In this document: in pieces, positions 8,494-17,500 of the stretch | How positions within the stretch are numbered: the stretch's first letter is position 1 | Layout of the letters: the number at the start of each line of letters is the position of its first letter | Position numbers and translations under genes: made by a program | Notes under the pieces: generated by a model | Told to the model about the DNA's origin: nothing | The model's database searches: none | The model's input: only the letters and a program-made list of their open reading frames with translations | From: Bacilli bacterium | GTDB taxonomy: Bacteria; Bacillota_I; Bacilli_A; RFN20; CAG-826 | Assembly (NCBI GenBank): GCA_045226015.1 | Contig: JBGVBY010000013.1 | Span: 28,908 to 92,907, forward strand | Length of the DNA stretch: 64,000 bases | Reading direction: 5' to 3'

Positions 8494-9766
8494 TAACATT
8501 TACGACTTTGTCAGTCATCTCCAAAGAGCGTCAAGAACTATTTATGTCAGAACGTTAGATGTCGATGACGAAGAAGGCATTGAGATTACTACTTGGGCAG
8601 TTCGATTCAATAAGAAAGATGCTGAACCTAAATTCAAGAAAGCATTTATTCAAAGCGAAACTCGAACTCGAATGAATAGTGACTTCTACTTTGCTCCTCA
8701 ATGTGGCTGGCGAGTTATCTGGGAAAGAAAATACAGCGCTTATTTTGGTGAAGTTCATCCAGAAGATACTCTTTACGAAGGCGATTACAAAGTGCCACAT
8801 CCGTGGTGTGAATACCTATTCGACATAGATAACGTTCACGAGTTGATTCCAGAAACTAAATACTTCAAAGACTTGCCTTTAGAAAGTTTGATCGAATTCA
8901 TCCAAAAGTGGAGAAAGAACAAAGAAATCGAATTCATTTATAAAAATGACAAGACTCAACACCTTTGGAGCGATACTCGAATCTTCAAGCTCACTAAGGA
9001 AAAGCAAAAGAAAGTTCTTCCTTTGCTCAAGCAGGGATACTCGCTCAATGATGCTCTCGGAATCCTTAAATATGGTTCAGAGCAAGCGATGATATTTCAA
9101 AGAAAGTGCCAAGAAACTAAAAAAGTGCTTAAGAAACACAAATTCTCGAAAGAACTCGTTGAAGATATCACTCGCTACTTAATTAAACAATCAGCTGATG
9201 TTTGGACTTATGAAGACTATCTCAACGATTGCAAATACTTCAAACGAAGATTAACTGCTCGTGGTTGCCTATTTCCAAGAGATTTCAAATCCGCTCACGA
9301 TAATCTAGCTCGAATGGTTAGAGAAGAAGAACGCTTGAAATGGGAAAGACAAGAGGCAAAACGCGAAGCCCACGAACAAATGATCCTCGGAAAGTTTGAA
9401 AAGAAATCGTTGGAACTCGCGAATCTATTAAAAGACTTCCTGGGAATTAGTAAAGAGAATCTAACAATCTTTCTTCCAATGACTAAAAAAGACCTAATTG
9501 ACATAGGTGAAAAGTTAGAAATCTGTGTTGGTGGTGCTGGTTACGACTTAAAAGTTATTAACGGAACTTCCATCATCATTGCAGTTTATATGGATGACCA
9601 ACCGCTTGAATGCTGTGAATTAAGGCATAAAAGAGGTGGTGGTCTCCGAATAGAACAATTACGTGGTGCCAATAACCAAGACAGTGAAAGGCATCAAGAG
9701 TGCAAAGAATTAGTAGACACATTCATTCACGCTTACTCAAGCACTCAAACAATGGCACGAGCCTAG
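8483..9766 (+). CDS. PcfJ-like domain protein
   Basis: YEDYLNDC...LFPRDFKSAHD...P....DL..IGEKLEICVG..Y...Q.RGANN pattern. Confidence 0.75.
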   Translation: MKSNNIYDFVSHLQRASRTIYVRTLDVDDEEGIEITTWAVRFNKKDAEPKFKKAFIQSETRTRMNSDFYFAPQCGWRVIWERKYSAYFGEVHPEDTLYEGDYKVPHPWCEYLFDIDNVHELIPETKYFKDLPLESLIEFIQKWRKNKEIEFIYKNDKTQHLWSDTRIFKLTKEKQKKVLPLLKQGYSLNDALGILKYGSEQAMIFQRKCQETKKVLKKHKFSKELVEDITRYLIKQSADVWTYEDYLNDCKYFKRRLTARGCLFPRDFKSAHDNLARMVREEERLKWERQEAKREAHEQMILGKFEKKSLELANLLKDFLGISKENLTIFLPMTKKDLIDIGEKLEICVGGAGYDLKVINGTSIIIAVYMDDQPLECCELRHKRGGGLRIEQLRGANNQDSERHQECKELVDTFIHAYSSTQTMARA

Positions 9767-9779
9767 AAAGGAGCCAATT

Positions 9780-10442
9780 ATGGCAGAAAAATTAACAATC
9801 AAAATGGTTAACACGAAAGTTGACCAACTAGCAAGTAAGGTATCTGAACTCGCAGTTGCGATGAGAGGATATCTTGATGCAAAAGCACAAAACAAAGAAG
9901 CAAAAGAAAATCCAACAAAACCAGTTCCAAGAGACTTCACAAAGCCTGAATGGAGAACATTCCATTTCAAAGATGGCGATAAAGAAGTGGCTTGCGCTGA
10001 TGAAAACGGAGTCTTGGTGTTCCGTGATGCAATATTTGAAGCACCATTTGATGACAAAGACGATTGGAGAAAGTGCACAAACGTTTATGAAAACTGCACA
10101 TTAAAGAAACTCCTTGAAGAATGGTATGAGAAGAATGCTCCACAGGTCTTAAAGGACAATTACACGGTTGACCTATTAAATGACTACGAGATATTCGATC
10201 CTGACCAAATGTCTGAAGAATATAGAGTTGGAAAACAACTTGCTATGTTCAAAGACTGGCATAACCGCATTAAAGGTCTCGTTGGCGAAAGATACTCTAC
10301 TTGGTGGTGGACTAAGACCGCCTATCGTGGCGACGTCTCCTATGCGATCAGTGTCCACACGTCAGGTACCCGTTCCAACAGCTACGCCGACCCCTCTTAT
10401 GGCGTCGTCCCCTGCTTGAGACCAATTGAGCGCAGCGAGTAA
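9780..10442 (+). CDS. Second (remote) DGR target protein, C-terminal DUF6273/C-type-lectin-like domain
   Basis: C-terminal WWWTKTA...SYGVVPCL parallels the tail target WWLRTA...SYGVVPAC; 3' end carries VR2. Confidence 0.85.
   Translation: MAEKLTIKMVNTKVDQLASKVSELAVAMRGYLDAKAQNKEAKENPTKPVPRDFTKPEWRTFHFKDGDKEVACADENGVLVFRDAIFEAPFDDKDDWRKCTNVYENCTLKKLLEEWYEKNAPQVLKDNYTVDLLNDYEIFDPDQMSEEYRVGKQLAMFKDWHNRIKGLVGERYSTWWWTKTAYRGDVSYAISVHTSGTRSNSYADPSYGVVPCLRPIERSE
10317..10418 (+). repeat. DGR variable repeat VR2
   Basis: 102-nt ungapped match to TR (25305-25406, minus strand): 18 mismatches, 17 at TR adenines. Confidence 0.95.
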
Positions 10443-10444
10443 TT

Positions 10445-10460
10445 ACAATCGATAGATTGT
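10445..10460 (+). other. DGR-type hairpin downstream of VR2
   Basis: ACAATC-GATA-GATTGT, 2 nt after stop codon; same loop as the hairpins after VR1. Confidence 0.75.
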
Positions 10461-10469
10461 CGGACATTT

Positions 10470-10670
10470 ATGTCATTCGTAGGTGGTCTCAGTCATCTAA
10501 AGGAAGATGACAAACAAGAAATACTTTCCGAGATTAAATTCTTTCTTTCAAGCAAAGGATTTATCGATGGAATAGCACTATATGAAAGATTCGAAAGTGT
10601 ACTTGGAACTAAAGGCGAATTATCCGCGGAGGAGATTCGCCAGTTCCGAGAGAATAGGAGAAGAAGATGA
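10470..10670 (+). CDS. Hypothetical phage protein
   Basis: 66-aa operonic ORF. Confidence 0.5.
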   Translation: MSFVGGLSHLKEDDKQEILSEIKFFLSSKGFIDGIALYERFESVLGTKGELSAEEIRQFRENRRRR

Positions 10671-10957
10671 AAAACTACATTCACTTAGATGGTCAAGACA
10701 TTGATTTGGACATCATTAGTTCAACCCAAGACTTAGACAAAATCACAGATGCTTGTATTCGTATTATGGGTGCTGTGCTTGCTATAGGCACAAGCGGCAT
10801 CAAAGAAGACAACAAACGTGTTGAGTTCATTATGAATCAAGCTGGCAAAATTGGCGGTGGTATGGCGAGACAATCATTAACGATTATCGCTAACGAAAAG
10901 GCTTTGAGTGAAGAACCAAAGCCAGAAGAAGTAGTTGAGGACAACGCAAATGCTTAA
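10667..10957 (+). CDS. Hypothetical phage protein
   Basis: 96-aa ORF, ATGA overlap with upstream gene. Confidence 0.55.
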   Translation: MKNYIHLDGQDIDLDIISSTQDLDKITDACIRIMGAVLAIGTSGIKEDNKRVEFIMNQAGKIGGGMARQSLTIIANEKALSEEPKPEEVVEDNANA

Positions 10958-11357
10958 CAACTACACCATAACAATTGGTTTTATGCTCAAAGAACCTGAG
11001 CTTGAAGAAAACGAGAGTAAAGAGAAAGTCTGCATCTTCTCTCTTGTCACTCAAGATCACGGAAAAACTAAAGAAGTTCCGTGTATGGCGACCGGTAAGA
11101 CATGCGACACATTGCTTGTATACGGTCAAAAAGGCTCGTTTTGGGCTGTTGGAGGCATTTTCTATGAGTTTGTGGCTGATAACTCAAAAAAGAAAAAAAC
11201 AACGCTCAAATGCCTTGAAATTGAATTACTGAAAAAACCGGAAGTTCCTGGCATTGGCATTGAAGAATTCGTTGGTAAGTATGCACCTAAAGAAATTATC
11301 AAGCGCGCAAGAGAAAGAAGAGAAAAGAACAATGCTACTGAAAAAACAAGTTCTTGA
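10950..11357 (+). CDS. Divergent single-stranded DNA-binding (OB-fold) protein
   Basis: N..ITIGFM.KEPEL...FSL....EVPCMATGK.CD.L..Y.QKGS..AV.G resembles SSB strand order. Confidence 0.55.
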   Translation: MLNNYTITIGFMLKEPELEENESKEKVCIFSLVTQDHGKTKEVPCMATGKTCDTLLVYGQKGSFWAVGGIFYEFVADNSKKKKTTLKCLEIELLKKPEVPGIGIEEFVGKYAPKEIIKRARERREKNNATEKTSS

Positions 11358-11526
11358 TGGCGTTGCGCTATCTTCAGAAGAAATCAACGAAATGATGGAA
11401 ATGCTTAAAGAAGGCAAATACTACTTCTATGAAGTTCTCGAATACTACGGAATTAGTTATTACGAGTTCAAATGTTATAAGAAAGTCTACGAAGGGAAGG
11501 ACAAATTATATGAAAACATCAATTAA
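11332..11526 (+). CDS. Small hypothetical protein
   Basis: Operonic ORF, start refined to ATG 11332. Confidence 0.45.
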   Translation: MLLKKQVLDGVALSSEEINEMMEMLKEGKYYFYEVLEYYGISYYEFKCYKKVYEGKDKLYENIN

Positions 11527-11983
11527 ATTCACAATTCCAGGCGAACCATTTGGAAAGCAAAACCTTAGACCTAAAATCGTTTGTGGACATGCTAGAGCAT
11601 ACTCACCTAAAGAAAACAATATGTATATGGATCGCATTATTGGAATCTTAAACCAAAACATGGTATTCACTGAACCATTTATCTTTCCTAAAGGAACATC
11701 GGTGGCAATTACAATAACTGCCTTCTTCAAAATTCCTGATGGTAATTACAAGTATTACAAGAGTGAAAAACGTTCGCGTTATAACCAAGAAGGACAAGAT
11801 ATGCTTGCTGGAAAGATTAGACCAACCAAAAAACCTGATTGTGACAATATCAGTAAAGTCATATGCGATGCCATCTCTCATCAAGGTCGTGTTTGGTACG
11901 ACGACAACCAAGTTGTTGTTGACCTAATTATGAAATACTATGACACGAATCCACGAGTGGAAGTCATGATCGAGGAAATCTGA
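11510..11983 (+). CDS. rusA: RusA-family Holliday junction resolvase
   Basis: FTIPGEPFGKQ..RP, KPDCDNISKVICDAI, YDDNQVV, PRVEV motifs. Confidence 0.9.
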   Translation: MKTSIKFTIPGEPFGKQNLRPKIVCGHARAYSPKENNMYMDRIIGILNQNMVFTEPFIFPKGTSVAITITAFFKIPDGNYKYYKSEKRSRYNQEGQDMLAGKIRPTKKPDCDNISKVICDAISHQGRVWYDDNQVVVDLIMKYYDTNPRVEVMIEEI

Positions 11984-11984
11984 T

Positions 11985-12392
11985 ATGCAAAAGTGGATAG
12001 GTGTAGGGAAGATTGATGGCGAGCCAATGAAAGTCCAATATGGCAATCAAGAATGTTTGTTAATTTGGATTTGTTGCCCTCGCAGTTGGTCTCCAAAGAA
12101 TGAAGATAACATTCCGGTTATGTTCATCGGCAAACGAAAAAAAGCGCTTGAGCAAGCAGGCATAGATAAGTTCGATGGCACTCTTGTGTATGTGATTGGT
12201 GAAATCAGCTCACGAATCAAAATCATCGAACCGAAAGCAGTTAGCATTGGAGTTTGCGTATTCGCTACTTCAATCACATTCTGGGATACAAAGAGTATCT
12301 TGGATAAAACTAAATGTAGAGTAAATAACGAAGTCATATTTGACACATCCGGCATGGAAGAAATAGAGGTGATGATTGATGAAAAAGTTTAG
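11985..12392 (+). CDS. Second divergent SSB-like OB-fold protein
   Basis: MQKWIGVGKIDGEP.....NIPVMFIGK......G..VYVIGEI.SR...V.A.SI.F. Confidence 0.45.
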   Translation: MQKWIGVGKIDGEPMKVQYGNQECLLIWICCPRSWSPKNEDNIPVMFIGKRKKALEQAGIDKFDGTLVYVIGEISSRIKIIEPKAVSIGVCVFATSITFWDTKSILDKTKCRVNNEVIFDTSGMEEIEVMIDEKV

Positions 12393-12888
12393 TGAAATTG
12401 AAAAAGACTATAAGGCAAAACAGTTGAAATGGAAGACTCATATCCGTTTAGAACAAAACAAGTTCAAACGATTCTGGATGTGGGTGTGGTTCTTAATCGC
12501 ATTCCCATTCGTGTGGCTCTTCTATAACTGCCGAGATTGGCGAAGTCTGGTTTGTATCCTCGTCTCGTTTCTCCTATGGTCAGCAAGTGTATGGATTTGG
12601 TACCTATTAGCAGTTTTAACTGGCTGGAATACTGATACTGCAAAGTGGTTCATCGGTATCGGTAGTGCAGTTTGGATTTGGTGGGTAAGCCCAGTTGGTA
12701 GTCCATTCATCCTATTAGTTACGATCACTGCGATTGGAATAAAAGCATTATTCAACAAAATTAAAGAAAAACGACAAAAGAAACAACTTTTGCGAGAAAA
12801 TGCTAAAAAATGTCCATACAAAATTGAAGAAGATGAATTACCTGATTACAACCCAGAGTATATTCCAAAAGAGTGGAGAGAAAAGTAA
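12376..12888 (+). CDS. Membrane protein (about 3 hydrophobic segments)
   Basis: Trp-rich hydrophobic stretches. Confidence 0.6.
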   Translation: MMKKFSEIEKDYKAKQLKWKTHIRLEQNKFKRFWMWVWFLIAFPFVWLFYNCRDWRSLVCILVSFLLWSASVWIWYLLAVLTGWNTDTAKWFIGIGSAVWIWWVSPVGSPFILLVTITAIGIKALFNKIKEKRQKKQLLRENAKKCPYKIEEDELPDYNPEYIPKEWREK

Positions 12889-13061
12889 TGACTTGCCCGT
12901 GTAAAGACTGCTCCAAAAGAACCTCTGACTGCCACGGAAAATGTGCCGGTTATCAAGAGTGGTCAAAGTTAAATGAAGAAGCTCGCAACAAACGGAATGA
13001 AGCAAGTTTATCCGCTTATCTATCAAGACCGAAATATCGCAAACGAAGGAGAATAAGATGA
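12888..13061 (+). CDS. Small Cys-rich phage protein
   Basis: CPCKDC....DCHGKCAGYQEW. Confidence 0.6.
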   Translation: MTCPCKDCSKRTSDCHGKCAGYQEWSKLNEEARNKRNEASLSAYLSRPKYRKRRRIR

Positions 13062-13453
13062 ACAAAGATGGTAAACCGACCGATGTTCGAGATTACATTT
13101 CTCGCTACATTGAATTTCAAGAGCTGACAATTAGTGCTCAAGCTGAACTTGATGCATTGATTGCTGAGCAACAACATTTGATTCCAGCAATGGATCGTGT
13201 GAAAACCGCTGAATTAGAAGTGCGCATCACAAATGCTCGTACTTACTTAAGCAGGTTAAAAAAGATTATTAGTGACTGGGGTGATGCCTTAGCGGCTCTC
13301 GGTCAAACTTATAACAAAACAGAGTATGAAATGTTCAACATTCTGATTATCAAAGGCATACCGCCAAAGAAGACAAAGTGGGCATTACAAACCTGTTACA
13401 ACTTCCGCGCTAAAGTTTTTAAGGACATCGCGAGATTGGAGAAGAAAGAATGA
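13058..13453 (+). CDS. Hypothetical protein, possibly late-gene activator
   Basis: Helical N-terminus, HTH-like C-terminus, near end of early operon; assignment weak. Confidence 0.35.
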   Translation: MNKDGKPTDVRDYISRYIEFQELTISAQAELDALIAEQQHLIPAMDRVKTAELEVRITNARTYLSRLKKIISDWGDALAALGQTYNKTEYEMFNILIIKGIPPKKTKWALQTCYNFRAKVFKDIARLEKKE

Positions 13454-13815
13454 AATCGTTAGAAGAAATTAAAAAGATTATCAATTTGCAAATCATCCGT
13501 GAAGGCGAAGATGGATTCCACGCCATTTGGACTGACCCAGTGACTAGATATAGATATTCAATCATTCTGTCTTGGGGTGGTGGTTGGGAGCACTTCTCTA
13601 TCAATCCAATTAGCAAAAATAAAACTCCAGAGTGGGAGTTCATGTGCAAGATGAAAGAAATGTTCTTTAGAGATGATGAAGCGTGTGTTGAATATCATCC
13701 TAAGAAAGAAGATTATGTTGATCAATTGCATCATTGTCTTCATATCTGGAGACCAATTGATGAACCATTACCAGTACCGCCACCAATCTTTGTTGGAATA
13801 GGCAGAAAGGAATAA
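13450..13815 (+). CDS. Conserved phage protein of unknown function
   Basis: GWEHFSI....KTPEWEFMCKMKEMFF..DEACVEYHPKKEDYV..H.HCLHIWRP motif common in phages. Confidence 0.7.
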   Translation: MKSLEEIKKIINLQIIREGEDGFHAIWTDPVTRYRYSIILSWGGGWEHFSINPISKNKTPEWEFMCKMKEMFFRDDEACVEYHPKKEDYVDQLHHCLHIWRPIDEPLPVPPPIFVGIGRKE

Positions 13816-13817
13816 TT

Positions 13818-14144
13818 ATGAGCACACCTAAAATTGACTTAAAACAAGTTGTTGAAAAATGTGAAGGTTGTCTTAAACCCATCACAGTGAAAGAGGTGAC
13901 TGAAATAGCACAAGGAAGTTTATCTCTTCTCTATAATCAAGGAACAATCCTTAAAAGAGTTGAAAAGACTATTGGAGAACAAGACTGGAACATTCTCGTA
14001 ACAAGTGTACTAGGCACGTTCTTGAGCTCTCTATATGCTTCCACCGAATTAAACGGTGACTTAGGAAAAGCTGCTAAGTTTGGACAAGATATCGGCGCTA
14101 GTGGAATGGCTGTAAAAAGAGGAAATAAAGATGAAAATTCATAA
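13818..14144 (+). CDS. Hypothetical phage protein
   Basis: 108-aa operonic ORF. Confidence 0.55.
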   Translation: MSTPKIDLKQVVEKCEGCLKPITVKEVTEIAQGSLSLLYNQGTILKRVEKTIGEQDWNILVTSVLGTFLSSLYASTELNGDLGKAAKFGQDIGASGMAVKRGNKDENS

Positions 14145-14367
14145 TTGGCACACTCTTGCAGTATTAAGTAATCTTGCGTTCTTCGTAATGATGGTCGTGT
14201 TCCTCTTCGTGACTCAAAGAGACTTTGCTGAATATGACTATAGTGATTATCTACTTGTTCTATTGATAAGAGAAGGAATCATCTTACTTGTTCAAATTGG
14301 TTGGAACTTGCTCTTATATGCAATACCAAGATTCTTCTTACATCCTGAAAACAAAGAACCGAAATAA
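14131..14367 (+). CDS. Small two-pass membrane protein
   Basis: Two hydrophobic segments; last gene of early operon. Confidence 0.55.
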   Translation: MKIHNWHTLAVLSNLAFFVMMVVFLFVTQRDFAEYDYSDYLLVLLIREGIILLVQIGWNLLLYAIPRFFLHPENKEPK

Positions 14368-14394
14368 AAGGAAGGCATTAAGCCTTCTTTTTTT
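14367..14394. terminator. Bidirectional terminator between converging early and late operons
   Basis: GAAGGC-ATTAA-GCCTTC (14371-14387) with T7 downstream and A-rich upstream. Confidence 0.8.
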
Positions 14395-14400
14395 CCGTTC

Positions 14401-14571
14401 TTATTTACGTTTTCTAAGCAGTACGTTACCAGCTTCACCCCAACCAGCCATAACGATTATCCATAGAAATGGAATTGCGATGTATGTCTGACTTTTGAGG
14501 AAAACAAATGTTAACCATATGCCTAGTGCGAGTAATATGCCTGCTACAAGTATGAATCCAAATGCTTTCAT
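14401..14571 (-). CDS. Small two-TM protein with basic C-terminus, holin-like (56 aa, not in ORF track)
   Basis: MKAFGFILVAGILLALGIWLTFVFLKSQTYIAIPFLWIIVMAGWGEAGNVLLRKRK; last gene of late operon. Confidence 0.55.
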   Translation of the reverse strand: MKAFGFILVAGILLALGIWLTFVFLKSQTYIAIPFLWIIVMAGWGEAGNVLLRKRK

Positions 14572-14575
14572 AATC

Positions 14576-17500
14576 TTATAATATCATATCAATTTCTTCA
14601 TCAGTTAAGCCTTTATTCTTTAACCAACGAGTGAGCACTTGAATCTTATCTTTTCCGATATTCCATCCAGCAAGACGGTAAATAAGGTTTTTGATTTGTG
14701 GAGATACTCTCAAGTGAGTGACATATTTGACCGCATCTTCCTTATTAGTAAATGCTTTGACATTGAAGTAGTAGACATAGAATTCATCGTAACTAATACC
14801 GGCTTTGTTATAACATTGAGCCTTTGCATAGACTTTTTTGTTATAGATACGTAAAGCGGATTCAGCACCGAGAACTTCACGATAAACTTCTCTTTGAATG
14901 ACTGCCGCGTTCTCTTCATCGATAGTGTAGTTCTTAAGAGCTTCACCAATCTTCTTACAATTTTCAACTGCTTGCTTATATGCAGCGTTAATCATAACTT
15001 GAATGACACGAGATTCATCGTGTTTTTCTTTTGCTGACTTATCTGGATTATCATCAATCTCTTTGATTTGTTTACGTAAGTCCGCAATCTCATTATTACA
15101 AGTGTTGAGATAACTTGCTTGAATAGTAGCAATCGCGTCACCATCGGTCTTGTCATAAAGGATTTGTTCGCGATAATCGTAGAAGTCTTTAGAATATCTA
15201 CTCTTTTCGACTGGATCAATGAGATATTGGTCTTTAACGATTCTCTCTAATTTGTACCAACTTGCTTCATCAGAAGTTAATGGTAAGAGAATATCACCGA
15301 TAATACCTGTGTATTGGTCTAAAACATATTCAACTTTAAGTGGTGAGATTCCAAATACTTTACCAATGAAACGAGAGATATAAGATGTATCTTTTTCGTA
15401 TTGTTCTGTTGGTCTTGTGTTATCCCATTTAGAAGAAACGATTTGACCACCGTACCAAGTTCTATTTTTGGTAGCATCATCAATGGCTTGGAAGAATCCA
15501 AGAGAGATGCCGGTTCCAGAAATAGGAGAATTGGCTTCTAATAAGGCATATTTAAGCGCTTCTTCCATTGCGTTAGTATTTCCTTTAGCAGTATCAAATG
15601 CGCCTGTTACGATAGCGTTAAACGCACTAATGACACGACCTTTAGGAATACGGATGAATTGTTCACCAACTTTGATTAGGTAGTAGTTGTTCTTAATGCT
15701 TTGGTTGAGTGATTTATAGTCTTCATCATCCCAATAAAGCAATTCGTTGAGTAATTGAGTACCAATACCAAGAATTAACATCTTTAAGATAAGTTCAGCC
15801 CATTCTTTAGCACTCTTTGGAGCAATGAATGTTCTCATCATCTTTGTGAAACCTTGAATGTTGGCGTTCAAGAACAAACCAAATGTGTTATTGATTTGTC
15901 TTCCAACTGTACCAGAACGAGAGAAGTTCAATGTGATTTCGTGAGCTTCATAGACACCACGAGTCATAATTTGCTTGTTAGACATGCTATTTAGCCCTTT
16001 AGCACGTTCTTTATAGAGTTTATTAGTTGTGGCTAGGTATTGAGCATAACGTGTCGCTACTTCGATGATTTCATTAACACGCTCAATTGCTTTCCACGGC
16101 TTGACAACATATTCTAACCCTGAACTCATCTTCTTCTTATCGGTATAGATTTCAGTTGAAGTCATAACTGATGTTCCGATACCGCCACTAGCAACGAATG
16201 CTTGATATTTGGCATCGTTAGTAATAATGCTCTTATATGCTTGTGGAAGATTTCTTAAAACACTGGTCATACCAGTTGGAGAATAGAATGATGCATCCCA
16301 TAAGTCACGGATAGCGTTTCTTAATCCGAAGAAAGGATTGTAAGTGGTTAACAAGTTCTTTACAACCTTTTGTGCTTTAGCAATGAATTTCATTCCAGGA
16401 ATGTTAAGAAGAGTGTCATTATAAACACCAGCTAAGGCTTGTAAACCTTCCATTACATTGGCGTTAACCAAATAACTATGTGATTCGCCACCTTCATAAT
16501 ATGTAACCACTTGTCCATCAAGTGCTGGTCTAGTGAGATAATAAGTCATACTAGAATCAGTTGATCGTGGTAATTCTTCTTTCTTTAATTCTTCAGAAAC
16601 AACGTATTCATTGAGTTCACCATAACTTTTGCTTGCGTTAATCAATGTTTTAATTAACTCGTTCATAGCAACTTTTTGATGAATCTTGACTGTTTGCATT
16701 TGCATTGAATCAAACATATCTTTGATGACTAAATCACTGCCTTTAGCAAGTCTTAGTGTGCTTGATTGCATAGACATTGAAATACCAGCAGTTGGATTGA
16801 TAATCATTTCTCTATATGTTGGGACATAGTGAGAATAGTATTTTTTCATCCATTCATACGCTGACTTACTGAGATAACCACCTTCATATTGCATTCTTAA
16901 AAGTTCACGATTGTATTTCCAAACTTCTTCTCTCATATCCTTAAACATTGGATAATCAGCATCAATTTGTTCTAATCGAGCGTTAATATCTTCAGCATTG
17001 AGAAGTCTTAAATACTTTTTGACTTCGTTAAAGGTATCTAAAGCCTCTCCTGTAAGTTCTACGCTTCTTTCCATAGCAGTCTTGTGTGTCAACTCATTTA
17101 CAGTTGCTTCGTCCATACAGACGCCTTTTTCGATTGCTTCGGAAAGTAGTGGGAAATGTTCGCTAATCTTAACTAATAAGTCCGCTGGCATAGTTCTTGT
17201 TTCTAACCATTTGCCAAAGACTGTTTTTCTTTCTTTAGGCTCACTCTTTGAGAACTTTTCAATATCTTCGATAGATACTAAATCAGTGCCTAAAGAAGCA
17301 TTTAATCTATCCATTTCAACGTATAAAGCAAGAGATTCATAGAAATGACTCATTCCTTCTTCTAACTTTATTCCGTTGTCCTTAAAATACTTGTTTAATT
17401 CATCAACAATACCGTTTTTGCCGTTATAAAGACCTTTGGTATAGAATTCAACTTTATTTTCTTCAACACTTCTAGAGAAACCGTTTTGAGCAACGCTATT

